This document shows positions 36,901-50,100 of a DNA stretch of 64,000 nucleotides, piece by piece. Position 1 is the stretch's first letter. Each line of letters opens with the position of its first letter. The position numbers were made by a program, and so were the translations under genes. The stretch lies in contig OZ059900.1 in assembly GCA_964057225.1 (NCBI GenBank), positions 16,678,001 through 16,742,000 on the forward strand. The letters run 5' to 3'. The DNA is from Auanema rhodensis. Lineage: Eukaryota > Animalia > Nematoda. The notes below the pieces were generated by a model, which did no database searches, had not been told where the DNA came from, and worked only from the letters and a program-made list of their open reading frames with translations.

Positions 36901-38904
36901 TCAGCGTGTTACATACTAAAATGAAGCATTTTACATGCTGAACACTAGAAGAATACAAAAACACAGTATTTCCCATGAGAAATATTTTATTATGCTGGAA
37001 AACCAGTTTGTGGAAATTTCGCTGTAAACAAGGTTTTGACTTACGATTTCATGTGTTCAAACTCATGCAATGTCAATGAAACCTAGCTCAAAATTGTTCG
37101 TACAACGTCTAGTTCCACTTTCACGACAAAAAAACAGGGGTTAGAAAATTAAGGAAATTAGCATATTCTGAGGGCACGCCCCTTATGGCTAATATTGATT
37201 AAATCGATTTTTGTTCATATGAGTCGTCAAATGCAACGAATTTCAGCGTGTTACATACTAAAATGAAGCATTTTACATGCTGAACACTAGAAAAATACAA
37301 AAACACAGTATTTCCCATGAGAAATATTTTATCATGCTGGAAAACCAGTTTTTGGAAATTTCGCTGTAAACAAGGTTTTGACTTACGATTTCATGTGTTC
37401 AAACTCATGCAATGTCAATGAAACCTAGCTCAAAATTGTTTGTACAACGTCTAGTTCCACTTTCACGACAAAAGAACAAGGGTTAGAAAATTAAGGAAAT
37501 TAGCATATTCTGAGGGCACGCCCCTTATGGCTAATATTGATTAAATCGATTTTTGTTCATATGAGTCGTCAAATGCAACGAATTTCAGCGTGTTACATAC
37601 TAACATGAAGCATTTTACATGCTGAACACTAGAAAAATACAAAAACACAGTATTTCCCATGAGAAATATTTTATTATGCTGGAAAACCAGTTTTTGGAAA
37701 TTTCGCTGTAAACAAGGTTTTGACTTACGATTTCATGTGTTCAAACTCATGCAATGTCAATGAAACCTAGCTCAAAATTGTTCGTACAACGTCTAGTTCC
37801 ACTTTCACGACAAAAAAACAGGGGTTAGAAAATTAAGGAAATTAGCATATTCTGAGGGCACGCCCCTTATGGCTAATATTGATTAAATCGATTTTTTTTC
37901 ATATGAGTCGTCAAATGCAACGAATTTCAGCGAGTTACACACTAAAATGAAGCATTTCACATGCTGAACACTAGAAGAATACAAAAACACAGTATTTCCC
38001 ATGAGAAATATTTTATTATGCTGGAAAACCAGTTTTTCGAAATTTCGCTGTAAACAAGGTTTTGACTTACGATTTCATGTGTTCAAACTCATGCAATGTC
38101 AATGAAACCTAGCTCAAAATTGTTCGTACAACGTCTAGTTCCACTTTCACGACAAAAAAACAGGGGTTAGAAAATTAAGGAAATTAGCATATTCTGAGGG
38201 CACGCCCCTTATGGCTAATATTGATTAAATCGATTTTTGTTCATATGAGTCGTCAAATGCAACGAATTTCAGCGTGTTACAAACTAAAATGAAGCATTTT
38301 ACATGCTGAACACTAGAAAAATACAAAAACACAGTATTTCCCATGAGAAATATTTTATTATGCTGGAAAACCAGTTTTTGGAAATTTCGCTGTAAACAAG
38401 GTTTTGACTTACGATTTCATGGGTTCAAACTCATGCAATGTCAATGAAACCTAGCTCAAAATTGTTCGTACAACGTCTAGTTCCACTTTCACGACAAAAA
38501 AACAGGGGTTAGAAAATTAAGGAAATTAGCATATTCTGAGGGCACGCCCCTTATGGCTAATATTGATTAAATCGATTTTTGTTCATATGAGTCGTCAAAT
38601 GCAACGAATTTCAGCGTGTTACATACTAAAATGAAGCATTTTACATGCTGAACACTAGAAAAATACAAAAACACAGTATTTCCCATGAGAAATATTTTAT
38701 CATGCTGGAAAACCAGTTTTTGGAAATTTCGCTGTAAACAAGGTTTTGACTTACGATTTCATGTGTTCAAACTCATGCAATGTCAATGAAACCTAGCTCA
38801 AAATTGTTCGTACAACGTCTAGTTCCACTTTCACGACAAAAAAACAGGGGTTAGAAAATTAAGGAAATTAGCATATTCTGAGGGCACGCCCCTTATGGCT
38901 AATA
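27961..38904 (+). repeat. Tandem block duplication, 15 monomers (27961-33090) vs 17 monomers (33091-38904)
   Basis: Private SNPs C22T, C34A and T6A repeat at a 5130-bp offset (e.g. monomers at 30697/35827, 31381/36511, 31723/36853). G19T+T55A and T202G repeat at 5814 bp, after two extra monomers. Confidence 0.9.
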
Positions 38905-41900
38905 TTGATTAAATCGATTTTTGTTCATATGAGTCGTCAAATGCAACGAATTTCAGCGTGTTACACACTAAAATGAAGCATTTCACATGCTGAACACTAG
39001 AAGAATACAAAAACACAGTATTTCCCATGAGAAATATTTTATTATGCTGGAAAACCAGTTTTTCGAAATTTCGCTGTAAACAAGGTTTTGACTTACGATT
39101 TCATGTGTTCAAACTCATGCAATGTCAATGAAACCTAGCTCAAAATTGTTCGTACAACGTCTAGTTCCACTTTCACGACAAAAAAACAAGGGTTAGAAAA
39201 TTAAGGAAATTAGCATATTCTGAGGGCACGCCCCTTATGGCTAATATTGATTAAATCGATTTTTGTTCATATGAGTCGTCAAATGCAACGAATTTCAGCG
39301 TGTTACATACTAAAATGAAGCATTTTACATGCTGAACACTAGAAAAATACAAAAACACAGTATTTCCCATGAGAAATATTTTATCATGCTGGAAAACCAG
39401 TTTTTGGAAATTTCGCTGTAAACAAGGTTTTGACTTACGATTTCATGTGTTCAAACTCATGCAATGTCAATGAAACCTAGCTCAAAATTGTTTGTACAAC
39501 GTCTAGTTCCACTTTCACGACAAAAAAACAAGGGTTAGAAAATTAAGGAAATTAGCATATTCTGAGGGCACGCCCCTTATGGCTAATATTGATTAAATCG
39601 ATTTTTGTTCATATGAGTCGTCAAATGCAACGAATTTCAGCGTGTTACATACTAAAATGAAGCATTTTACATGCTGAAGACTAGAAAAATACAAAAACAC
39701 AGTATTTCCCATGAGAAATATTTTATTATGCTGGAAAACCAGTTTTTGGAAATTTCGCTGTAAACAAGGTTTTGACTTACGATTTCATGTGTTCAAACTC
39801 ATGCAATGTCAATGAAACCTAGCTCAAAATTGTTCGTACAACGTCTAGTTCCACTTTCACGACAAAAAAACAGGGGTTAGAAAATTAAGGAAATTAGCAT
39901 ATTCTGAGGGCACGCCCCTTATGGCTAATATTGATTAAATCGATTTTTGTTCATATGAGTCGTCAAATGCAACGAATTTCAGCGTGTTACAAACTAAAAT
40001 GAAGCATTTTACATGCTGAACACTAGAAGAATACAAAAACACAGTATTTCCCATGAGAAATATTTTATTATGCTGGAAAACCAGTTTGTGGAAATTTCGC
40101 TGTAAACAAGGTTTTGACTTACGATTTCATGTGTTCAAACTCATGCAATGTCAATGAAACCTAGCTCAAAATTGTTCGTACAACGTCTAGTTCCACTTTC
40201 ACGACAAAAAAACAGGGGTTAGAAAATTAAGGAAATTAGCATATTCTGAGGGCACGCCCCTTATGGCTAATATTGATTAAATCGATTTTTGTTCATATGA
40301 GTCGTCAAATGCAACGAATTTCAGCGTGTTACATACTAAAATGAAGCATTTTACATGCTGAACACTAGAAAAATACAAAAACACAGTATTTCCCATGAGA
40401 AATATTTTATCATGCTGGAAAACCAGTTTTTGGAAATTTCGCTGTAAACAAGGTTTTGACTTACGATTTCATGTGTTCAAACTCATGCAATGTCAATGAA
40501 ACCTAGCTCAAAATTGTTTGTACAACGTCTAGTTCCACTTTCACGACAAAAAAACAAGGGTTAGAAAATTAAGGAAATTAGCATATTCTGAGGGCACGCC
40601 CCTTATGGCTAATATTGATTAAATCGATTTTTGTTCATATGAGTCGTCAAATGCAACGAATTTCAGCGTGTTACAAACTAAAATGAAGCATTTTACATGC
40701 TGAACACTAGAAGAATACAAAAACACAGTATTTCCCATGAGAAATATTTTATTATGCTGGAAAACCAGTTTGTGGAAATTTCGCTGTAAACAAGGTTTTG
40801 ACTTACGATTTCATGTGTTCAAACTCATGCAATGTCAATGAAACCTAGCTCAAAATTGTTCGTACAACGTCTAGTTCCACTTTCACGACAAAAAAACAGG
40901 GGTTAGAAAATTAAGGAAATTAGCATATTCTGAGGGCACGCCCCTTATGGCTAATATTGATTAAATCGATTTTTGTTCATATGAGTCGTCAAATGCAACG
41001 AATTTCAGCGTGTTACATACTAAAATGAAGCATTTTACATGCTGAACACTAGAAAAATACAAAAACACAGTATTTCCCATGAGAAATATTTTATCATGCT
41101 GGAAAACCAGTTTTTGGAAATTTCGCTGTAAACAAGGTTTTGACTTACGATTTCATGTGTTCAAACTCATGCAATGTCAATGAAACCTAGCTCAAAATTG
41201 TTTGTACAACGTCTAGTTCCACTTTCACGACAAAAAAACAAGGGTTAGAAAATTAAGGAAATTAGCATATTCTGAGGGCACGCCCCTTATGGCTAATATT
41301 GATTAAATCGATTTTTGTTCATATGAGTCGTCAAATGCAACGAATTTCAGCGTGTTACATACTAAAATGAAGCATTTTACATGCTGAACACTAGAAAAAT
41401 ACAAAAACACAGTATTTCCCATGAGAAATATTTTATTATGCTGGAAAACCAGTTTTTGGAAATTTCGCTGTAAACAAGGTTTTGACTTACGATTTCATGT
41501 GTTCAAACTCATGCAATGTCAATGAAACCTAGCTCAAAATTGTTCGTACAACGTCTAGTTCCACTTTCACGACAAAAAAACAGGGGTTAGAAAATTAAGG
41601 AAATTAGCATATTCTGAGGGCACGCCCCTTATGGCTAATATTGATTAAATCGATTTTTGTTCATATGAGTCGTCAAATGCAACGAATTTCAGCGTGTTAC
41701 ATACTAAAATGAAGCATTTTACATGCTGAACACTAGAAGAATACAAAAACACAGTATTTCCCATGAGAAATATTTTATTATGCTGGAAAACCAGTTTGTG
41801 GAAATTTCGCTGTAAACAAGGTTTTGACTTACGATTTCATGTGTTCAAACTCATGCAATGTCAATGAAACCTAGCTCAAAATTGTTCGTACAACGTCTAG

Positions 41901-44376
41901 TTCCACTTTCACGACAAAAAAACAGGGGTTAGAAAATTAAGGAAATTAGCATATTCTGAGGGCACGCCCCTTATGGCTAATATTGATTAAATCGATTTTT
42001 GTTCATATGAGTCGTCAAATGCAACGAATTTCAGCGTGTTACATACTAAAATGAAGCATTTTACATGCTGAACACTAGAAGAATACAAAAACACAGTATT
42101 TCCCATGAGAAATATTTTATTATGCTGGAAAACCAGTTTGTGGAAATTTCGCTGTAAACAAGGTTTTGACTTACGATTTCATGTGTTCAAACTCATGCAA
42201 TGTCAATGAAACCTAGCTCAAAATTGTTCGTACAACGTCTAGTTCCACTTTCACGACAAAAAAACAGGGGTTAGAAAATTAAGGAAATTAGCATATTCTG
42301 AGGGCACGCCCCTTATGGCTAATATTGATTAAATCGATTTTTGTTCATATGAGTCGTCAAATGCAACGAATTTCAGCGTGTTACATACTAAAATGAAGCA
42401 TTTTACATGCTGAAGACTAGAAAAATACAAAAACACAGTATTTCCCATGAGAAATATTTTATTATGCTGGAAAACCAGTTTTTGGAAATTTCGCTGTAAA
42501 CAAGGTTTTGACTTACGATTTCATGTGTTCAAACTCATGCAATGTCAATGAAACCTAGCTCAAAATTGTTCGTACAACGTCTAGTTCCACTTTCACGACA
42601 AAAAAACAGGGGTTAGAAAATTAAGGAAATTAGCATATTCTGAGGGCACGCCCCTTATGGCTAATATTGATTAAATCGATTTTTGTTCATATGAGTCGTC
42701 AAATGCAACGAATTTCAGCGTGTTACATACTAAAATGAAGCATTTTACATGCTGAACACTAGAAGAATACAAAAACACAGTATTTCCCATGAGAAATATT
42801 TTATTATGCTGGAAAACCAGTTTTTGGAAGTTTCGCTGTAAACAAGGTTTTGACTTACGATTTCATGTGTTCAAACTCATGCAATGTCAATGAAACCTAG
42901 CTCAAAATTGTTTGTACAACGTCTAGTTCCACTTTCACGACAAAAAAACAAGGGTTAGAAAATTAAGGAAATTAGCATATTCTGAGGGCACGCCCCTTAT
43001 GGCTAATATTGATTAAATCGATTTTTGTTCATATGAGTCGTCAAATGCAACGAATTTCAGCGTGTTACATACTAAAATGAAGCATTTTACATGCTGAACA
43101 CTAGAAAAATACAAAAACACAGTATTTCCCATGAGAAATATTTTATTATGCTGGAAAACCAGTTTTTGGAAATTTCGCTGTAAACAAGGTTTTGACTTAC
43201 GATTTCATGTGTTCAAACTCATGCAATGTCAATGAAACCTAGCTCAAAATTGTTCGTACAACGTCTAGTTCCACTTTCACGACAAAAAAACAGGGGTTAG
43301 AAAATTAAGGAAATTAGCATATTCTGAGGGCACGCCCCTTATGGCTAATATTGATTAAATCGATTTTTGTTCATATGAGTCGTCAAATGCAACGAATTTC
43401 AGCGTGTTACACACTAAAATGAAGCATTTCACATGCTGAACACTAGAAGAATACAAAAACACAGTATTTCCCATGAGAAATATTTTATTATGCTGGAAAA
43501 CCAGTTTTTCGAAATTTCGCTGTAAACAAGGTTTTGACTTACGATTTCATGTGTTCAAACTCATGCAATGTCAATGAAACCTAACTCAAAATTGTTCGTA
43601 CAACGTCTAGTTCCACTTTCACGACAAAAAAACAGGGGTTAGAAAATTAAGGAAATTAGCATATTCTGAGGGCACGCCCCTTATGGCTAATATTGATTAA
43701 ATCGATTTTTGTTCATATGAGTCGTCAAATGCAACGAATTTCAGCGTGTTACAAACTAAAATAAAGCATTTTACATGCTGAACACTAGAAAAATACAAAA
43801 ACACAGTATTTCCCATGAGAAATATTTTATCATGCTGGAAAACCAGTTTTTGGAAATTTCGCTGTAAACAAGGTTTTGACTTACGATTTCATGTGTTCAA
43901 ACTCATGCAATGTCAATGAAACCTAGCTCAAAATTGTTCGTACAACGTCTAGTTCCACTTTCACGACAAAAAAACAGGGGTTAGAAAATTAAGGAAATTA
44001 GCATATTCTGAGGGCACGCCCCTTATGGCTAATATTGATTAAATCGATTTTTGTTCATATGAGTCGTCAAATGCAACGAATTTCAGCGTGTTATATACTA
44101 AAATGAAGCATTTTACATGCTGAACACTAGAAAAATACAAAAACACAGTATTTCCCATGAGAAATATTTTATCATGCTGGAAAACCAGTTTTTGGAAATT
44201 TCGCTGTAAACAAGGTTTTGACTTACGATTTCATGTGTTCAAACTCATGCAATGTCAATGAAACCTAGCTCAAAATTGTTCGTACAACGTCTAGTTCCAC
44301 TTTCACGACAAAAAAACAGGGGTTAGAAAATTAAGGAAATTAGCATATTCTGAGGGCACGCCCCTTATGGCTAATA

Positions 44377-44719
44377 TTGATTAAATCGATTTTTGTTCAT
44401 ATGAGTCGTCAAATGCAACGAATTTCAGCGTGTTACACATTAAAATGAAGCATTTTACATGCTGAACACTAGAAAAATACAAAAACACAGTATTTCCCAT
44501 GAGAAATATTTTATCATGCTGGAAAACCAGTTTTTGGAAATTTCGCTGTAAACAAGGTTTTGACTTACGATTTCATGTGTTCAAACTCATGCAATGTCAA
44601 TGAAACCTAGCTCAAAATTGTTTGTACAACGTCTAGTTCCACTTTCACGACAAAATAAACAGGGGTTAGAAAATTAAGGAAATTAGCATATTCTGAGGGC
44701 ACGCCCCTTATGGCTAATA
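44377..44719 (+). repeat. 343-bp monomer M131 with a 1-bp T insertion in the A7 tract
   Basis: CAAAATAAACAGG at 44651-44663 (T at 44656); register shifts by +1 afterwards. Confidence 0.9.
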
Positions 44720-47113
44720 TTGATTAAATCGATTTTTGTTCATATGAGTCGTCAAATGCAACGAATTTCAGCGTGTTACAAACTAAAATGAAGCATTTTA
44801 CATGCTGAACACTAGAAAAATACAAAAACACAGTGTTTCCCATGAGAAATATTTTATTATGCTGGAAAACCAGTTTTTGGAAATTTCGCTGTAAACAAGG
44901 TTTTGACTTACGATTTCATGTGTTCAAACTCATGCAACGTCAATGAAACCTAGCTCAAAATTGTTCGTACAACGTCTAGTTCCACTTTCACGACAAAAAA
45001 ACAGGGGTTAGAAAATTAAGGAAATTAGCATATTCTGAGGGCACGCCCCTTATGGCTAATATTGATTAAATCGATTTTTGTTCATATGAGTCGTCAAATG
45101 CAACGAATTTCAGCGTGTTACATACTAAAATGAAGCATTTTACATGCTGAACACTAGAAAAATACAAAAACACAGTATTTCCCATGAGAAATATTTTATT
45201 ATGCTGGAAAACCAGTTTTTGGAAATTTCGCTGTAAACAAGGTTTTGACTTACGATTTCATGTGTTCAAACTCATGCAATGTCAATGAAACCTAGCTCAA
45301 AATTGTTCGTACAACGTCTAGTTCCACTTTCACGACAAAAAAACAAGGGTTAGAAAATTAAGGAAATTAGCATATTCTGAGGGCACGCCCCTTATGGCTA
45401 ATATTGATTAAATCGATTTTTGTTCATATGAGTCGTCAAATGCAACGAATTTCAGCGTGTTACAAACTAAAATGAAGCATTTTACATGCTGAACACTAGA
45501 AAAATACAAAAACACAGTATTTCTCATGAGAAATATTTTATTATGCTGGAAAACCAGTTTTTGGAAATTTCGCTGTAAACAAGGTTTTGACTTACGATTT
45601 CATGTGTTCAAACTCATGCAATGTCAATGAAACCTAGCTCAAAATTGTTCGTACAACGTCTAGTTCCACTTTCACGACAAAAAAACAGGGGTTAGAAAAT
45701 TAAGGAAATTAGCATATTCTGAGGGCACGCCCCTTATGGCTAATATTGATTAAATCGATTTTTGTTCATATGAGTCGTCAAATGCAACGAATTTCAGCGT
45801 GTTACATACTAAAATGAAGCATTTTACATGCTGAACACTAGAAAAATACAAAAACACAGTATTTCCCATGAGAAATATTTTATCATGCTGGAAAACCAGT
45901 TTTTGGAAATTTCGCTGTAAACAAGGTTTTGACTTACGATTTCATGTGTTCAAACTCATGCAATGTCAATGAAACCTAGCTCAAAATTGTTTGTACAACG
46001 TCTAGTTCCACTTTCACGACAAAAAAACAAGGGTTAGAAAATTAAGGAAATTAGCATATTCTGAGGGCACGCCCCTTATGGCTAATATTGATTAAATCGA
46101 ATTTTGTTCATATGAGTCGTCAAATGCAACGAATTTCAGCGTGTTACATACTAAAATGAAGCATTTTACATGCTGAACACTAGAAAAATACAAAAACACA
46201 GTATTTCCCATGAGAAATATTTTATCATGCTGGAAAACCAGTTTTTGGAAATTTCGCTGTAAACAAGGTTTTGACTTACGATTTCATGTGTTCAAACTCA
46301 TGCAATGTCAATGAAACCTAGCTCAAAATTGTTTGTACAACGTCTAGTTCCACTTTCACGACAAAAAAACAGGGGTTAGAAAATTAAGGAAATTAGCATA
46401 TTCTGAGGGCACGCCCCTTATGGCTAATATTGATTAAATCGATTTTTGTTCATATGAGTCGTCAAATGCAACGAATTTCAGCGTGTTACAAACTAAAATG
46501 AAGCATTTTACATGCTGAACACTAGAAAAATACAAAAACACAGTGTTTCCCATGAGAAATATTTTATTATGCTGGAAAACCAGTTTTTGGAAATTTCGCT
46601 GTAAACAAGGTTTTGCCTTACGATTTCATGTGTTCAAACTCATGCAACGTCAATGAAACCTAGCTCAAAATTGTTCGTACAACGTCTATTTCCACTTTCA
46701 CGACAAAAAAACAGGGGTTAGAAAATTAAGGAAATTAGCATATTCTGAGGGCACGCCCCTTATGGCTAATATTGATTAAATCGATTTTTGTTCATATGAG
46801 TCGTCAAATGCAACGAATTTCAGCGTGTTACACACTAAAATGAAGCATTTCACATGCTGAACACTAGAAAAATACAAAAACACAGTATTTCCCATGAGAA
46901 ATATTTTATTATGCTGGAAAACCAGTTTTTGGAAATTTCGCTGTAAACAAGGTTTTGACTTACGATTTCATGTGTTCAAACTCATGCAATGTCAATGAAA
47001 CCTAGCTCAAAATTGTTCGTACAACGTCTAGTTCCACTTTCACGACAAAAAAACAGGGGTTAGAAAATTAAGGAAATTAGCATATTCTGAGGGCACGCCC
47101 CTTATGGCTAATA

Positions 47114-50100
47114 TTGATTAAATCGATTTTTGTTCATATGAGTCGTCAAATGCAACGAATTTCAGCGTGTTACATACTAAAATGAAGCATTTTACATGCT
47201 GAACACTAGAAAAATACAAAAACACAGTATTTCCCATGAGAAATATTTTATCATGCTGGAAAACCAGTTTTTGGAAATTTCGCTGTAAACAAGGTTTTGA
47301 CTTACGATTTCATGTGTTCAAACTCATGCAATGTCAATGAAACCTAGCTCAAAATTGTTTGTACAACGTCTAGTTCCACTTTCACGACAAAAAAACAAGG
47401 GTTAGAAAATTAAGGAAATTAGCATATTCTGAGGGCACGCCCCTTATGGCTAATATTGATTAAATCGATTTTTGTTCATATGAGTCGTCAAATGCAACGA
47501 ATTTCAGCGTGTTACAAACTAAAATGAAGCATTTTACATGCTGAACACTAGAAGAATACAAAAACACAGTATTTCCCATGAGAAATATTTTATTATGCTG
47601 GAAAACCAGTTTGTGGAAATTTCGCTGTAAACAAGGTTTTGACTTACGATTTCATGTGTTCAAACTCATGCAATGTCAATGAAACCTAGCTCAAAATTGT
47701 TCGTACAACGTCTAGTTCCACTTTCACGACAAAAAAACAGGGGTTAGAAAATTAAGGAAATTAGCATATTCTGAGGGCACGCCCCTTATGGCTAATATTG
47801 ATTAAATCGATTTTTGTTCATATGAGTCGTCAAATGCAACGAATTTCAGCGTGTTACATACTAAAATGAAGCATTTTACATGCTGAACACTAGAAAAATA
47901 CAAAAACACAGTATTTCCCATGAGAAATATTTTATCATGCTGGAAAACCAGTTTTTGGAAATTTCGCTGTAAACAAGGTTTTGACTTACGATTTCATGTG
48001 TTCAAACTCATGCAATGTCAATGAAACCTAGCTCAAAATTGTTTGTACAACGTCTAGTTCCACTTTCACGACAAAAAAACAGGGGTTAGAAAATTAAGGA
48101 AATTAGCATATTCTGAGGGCACGCCCCTTATGGCTAATATTGATTAAATCGATTTTTGTTCATATGAGTCGTCAAATGCAACGAATTTCAGCGTGTTACA
48201 AACTAAAATGAAGCATTTTACATGCTGAACACTAGAAAAATACAAAAACACAGTGTTTCCCATGAGAAATATTTTATTATGCTGGAAAACCAGTTTTTGG
48301 AAATTTCGCTGTAAACAAGGTTTTGACTTACGATTTCATGTGTTCAAACTCATGCAACGTCAATGAAACCTAGCTCAAAATTGTTCGTACAACGTCTATT
48401 TCCACTTTCACGACAAAAAAACAGGGGTTAGAAAATTAAGGAAATTAGCATATTCTGAGGGCACGCCCCTTATGGCTAATATTGATTAAATCGATTTTTG
48501 TTCATATGAGTCGTCAAATGCAACGAATTTCAGCGTGTTACACACTAAAATGAAGCATTTCACATGCTGAACACTAGAAAAATACAAAAACACAGTATTT
48601 CCCATGAGAAATATTTTATTATGCTGGAAAACCAGTTTTTGGAAATTTCGCTGTAAACAAGGTTTTGACTTACGATTTCATGTGTTCAAACTCATGCAAT
48701 GTCAATGAAACCTAGCTCAAAATTGTTCGTACAACGTCTAGTTCCACTTTCACGACAAAAAAACAGGGGTTAGAAAATTAAGGAAATTAGCATATTCTGA
48801 GGGCACGCCCCTTATGGCTAATATTGATTAAATCGATTTTTGTTCATATGAGTCGTCAAATGCAACGAATTTCAGCGTGTTACAAACTAAAATGAAGCAT
48901 TTTACATGCTGAACACTAGAAAAATACAAAAACACAGTGTTTCCCATGAGAAATATTTTATTATGCTGGAAAACCAGTTTTTGGAAATTTCGCTGTAAAC
49001 AAGGTTTTGACTTACGATTTCATGTGTTCAAACTCATGCAATGTCAATGAAACCTAGCTCAAAATTGTTCGTACAACGTCTAGTTCCACTTTCACGACAA
49101 AAAAACAGGGGTTAGAAAATTAAGGAAATTAGCATATTCTGAGGGCACGCCCCTTATGGCTAATATTGATTAAATCGATTTTTGTTCATATGAGTCGTCA
49201 AATGCAACGAATTTCAGCGTGTTACATACTAAAATGAAGCATTTTACATGCTGAACACTAGAAGAATACAAAAACACAGTATTTCCCATGAGAAATATTT
49301 TATTATGCTGGAAAACCAGTTTGTGGAAATTTCGCTGTAAACAAGGTTTTGACTTACGATTTCATGTGTTCAAACTCATGCAATGTTAATGAAACCTAGC
49401 TCAAAATTGTTCGTACAACGTCTAGTTCCACTTTCACGACAAAAAAACAGGGGTTAGAAAATTAAGGAAATTAGCATATTCTGAGGGCACGCCCCTTATG
49501 GCTAATATTGATTAAATCGATTTTTGTTCATATGAGTCGTCAAATGCAACGAATTTCAGCGTGTTACATACTAAAATGAAGCATTTTACATGCTGAACAC
49601 TAGAAAAATACAAAAACACAGTATTTCTCATGAAAAATATTTTATTATGCTGGAAAACCAGTTTTTGGAAATTTCGCTGTAAACAAGGTTTTGACTTACG
49701 ATTTCATGTGTTCAAACTCATGCAATGTCAATGAAACCTAGCTCAAAATTGTTCGTACAACGTCTAGTTCCACTTTCACGACAAAAAAACAGGGGTTAGA
49801 AAATTAAGGAAATTAGCATATTCTGAGGGCACGCCCCTTATGGCTAATATTGATTAAATCGATTTTTGTTCATATGAGTCGTCAAATGCAACGAATTTCA
49901 GCGTGTTACATACTAAAATGAAGCATTTTACATGCTGAACACTAGAAAAATACAAAAACACAGTATTTCCCATGAGAAATATTTTATTATGCTGGAAAAC
50001 CAGTTTTTGGAAATTTCGCTGTAAACAAGGTTTTGACTTACGATTTCATGTGTTCAAACTCATGCAATGTCAATGAAACCTAGCTCAAAATTGTTCGTAC

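Noticed and set aside
36779-36976. Second copy of the 65-aa ORF
   Set aside because: It is exactly 5130 bp (15 monomers) from the first, so it reflects the block duplication rather than coding conservation.
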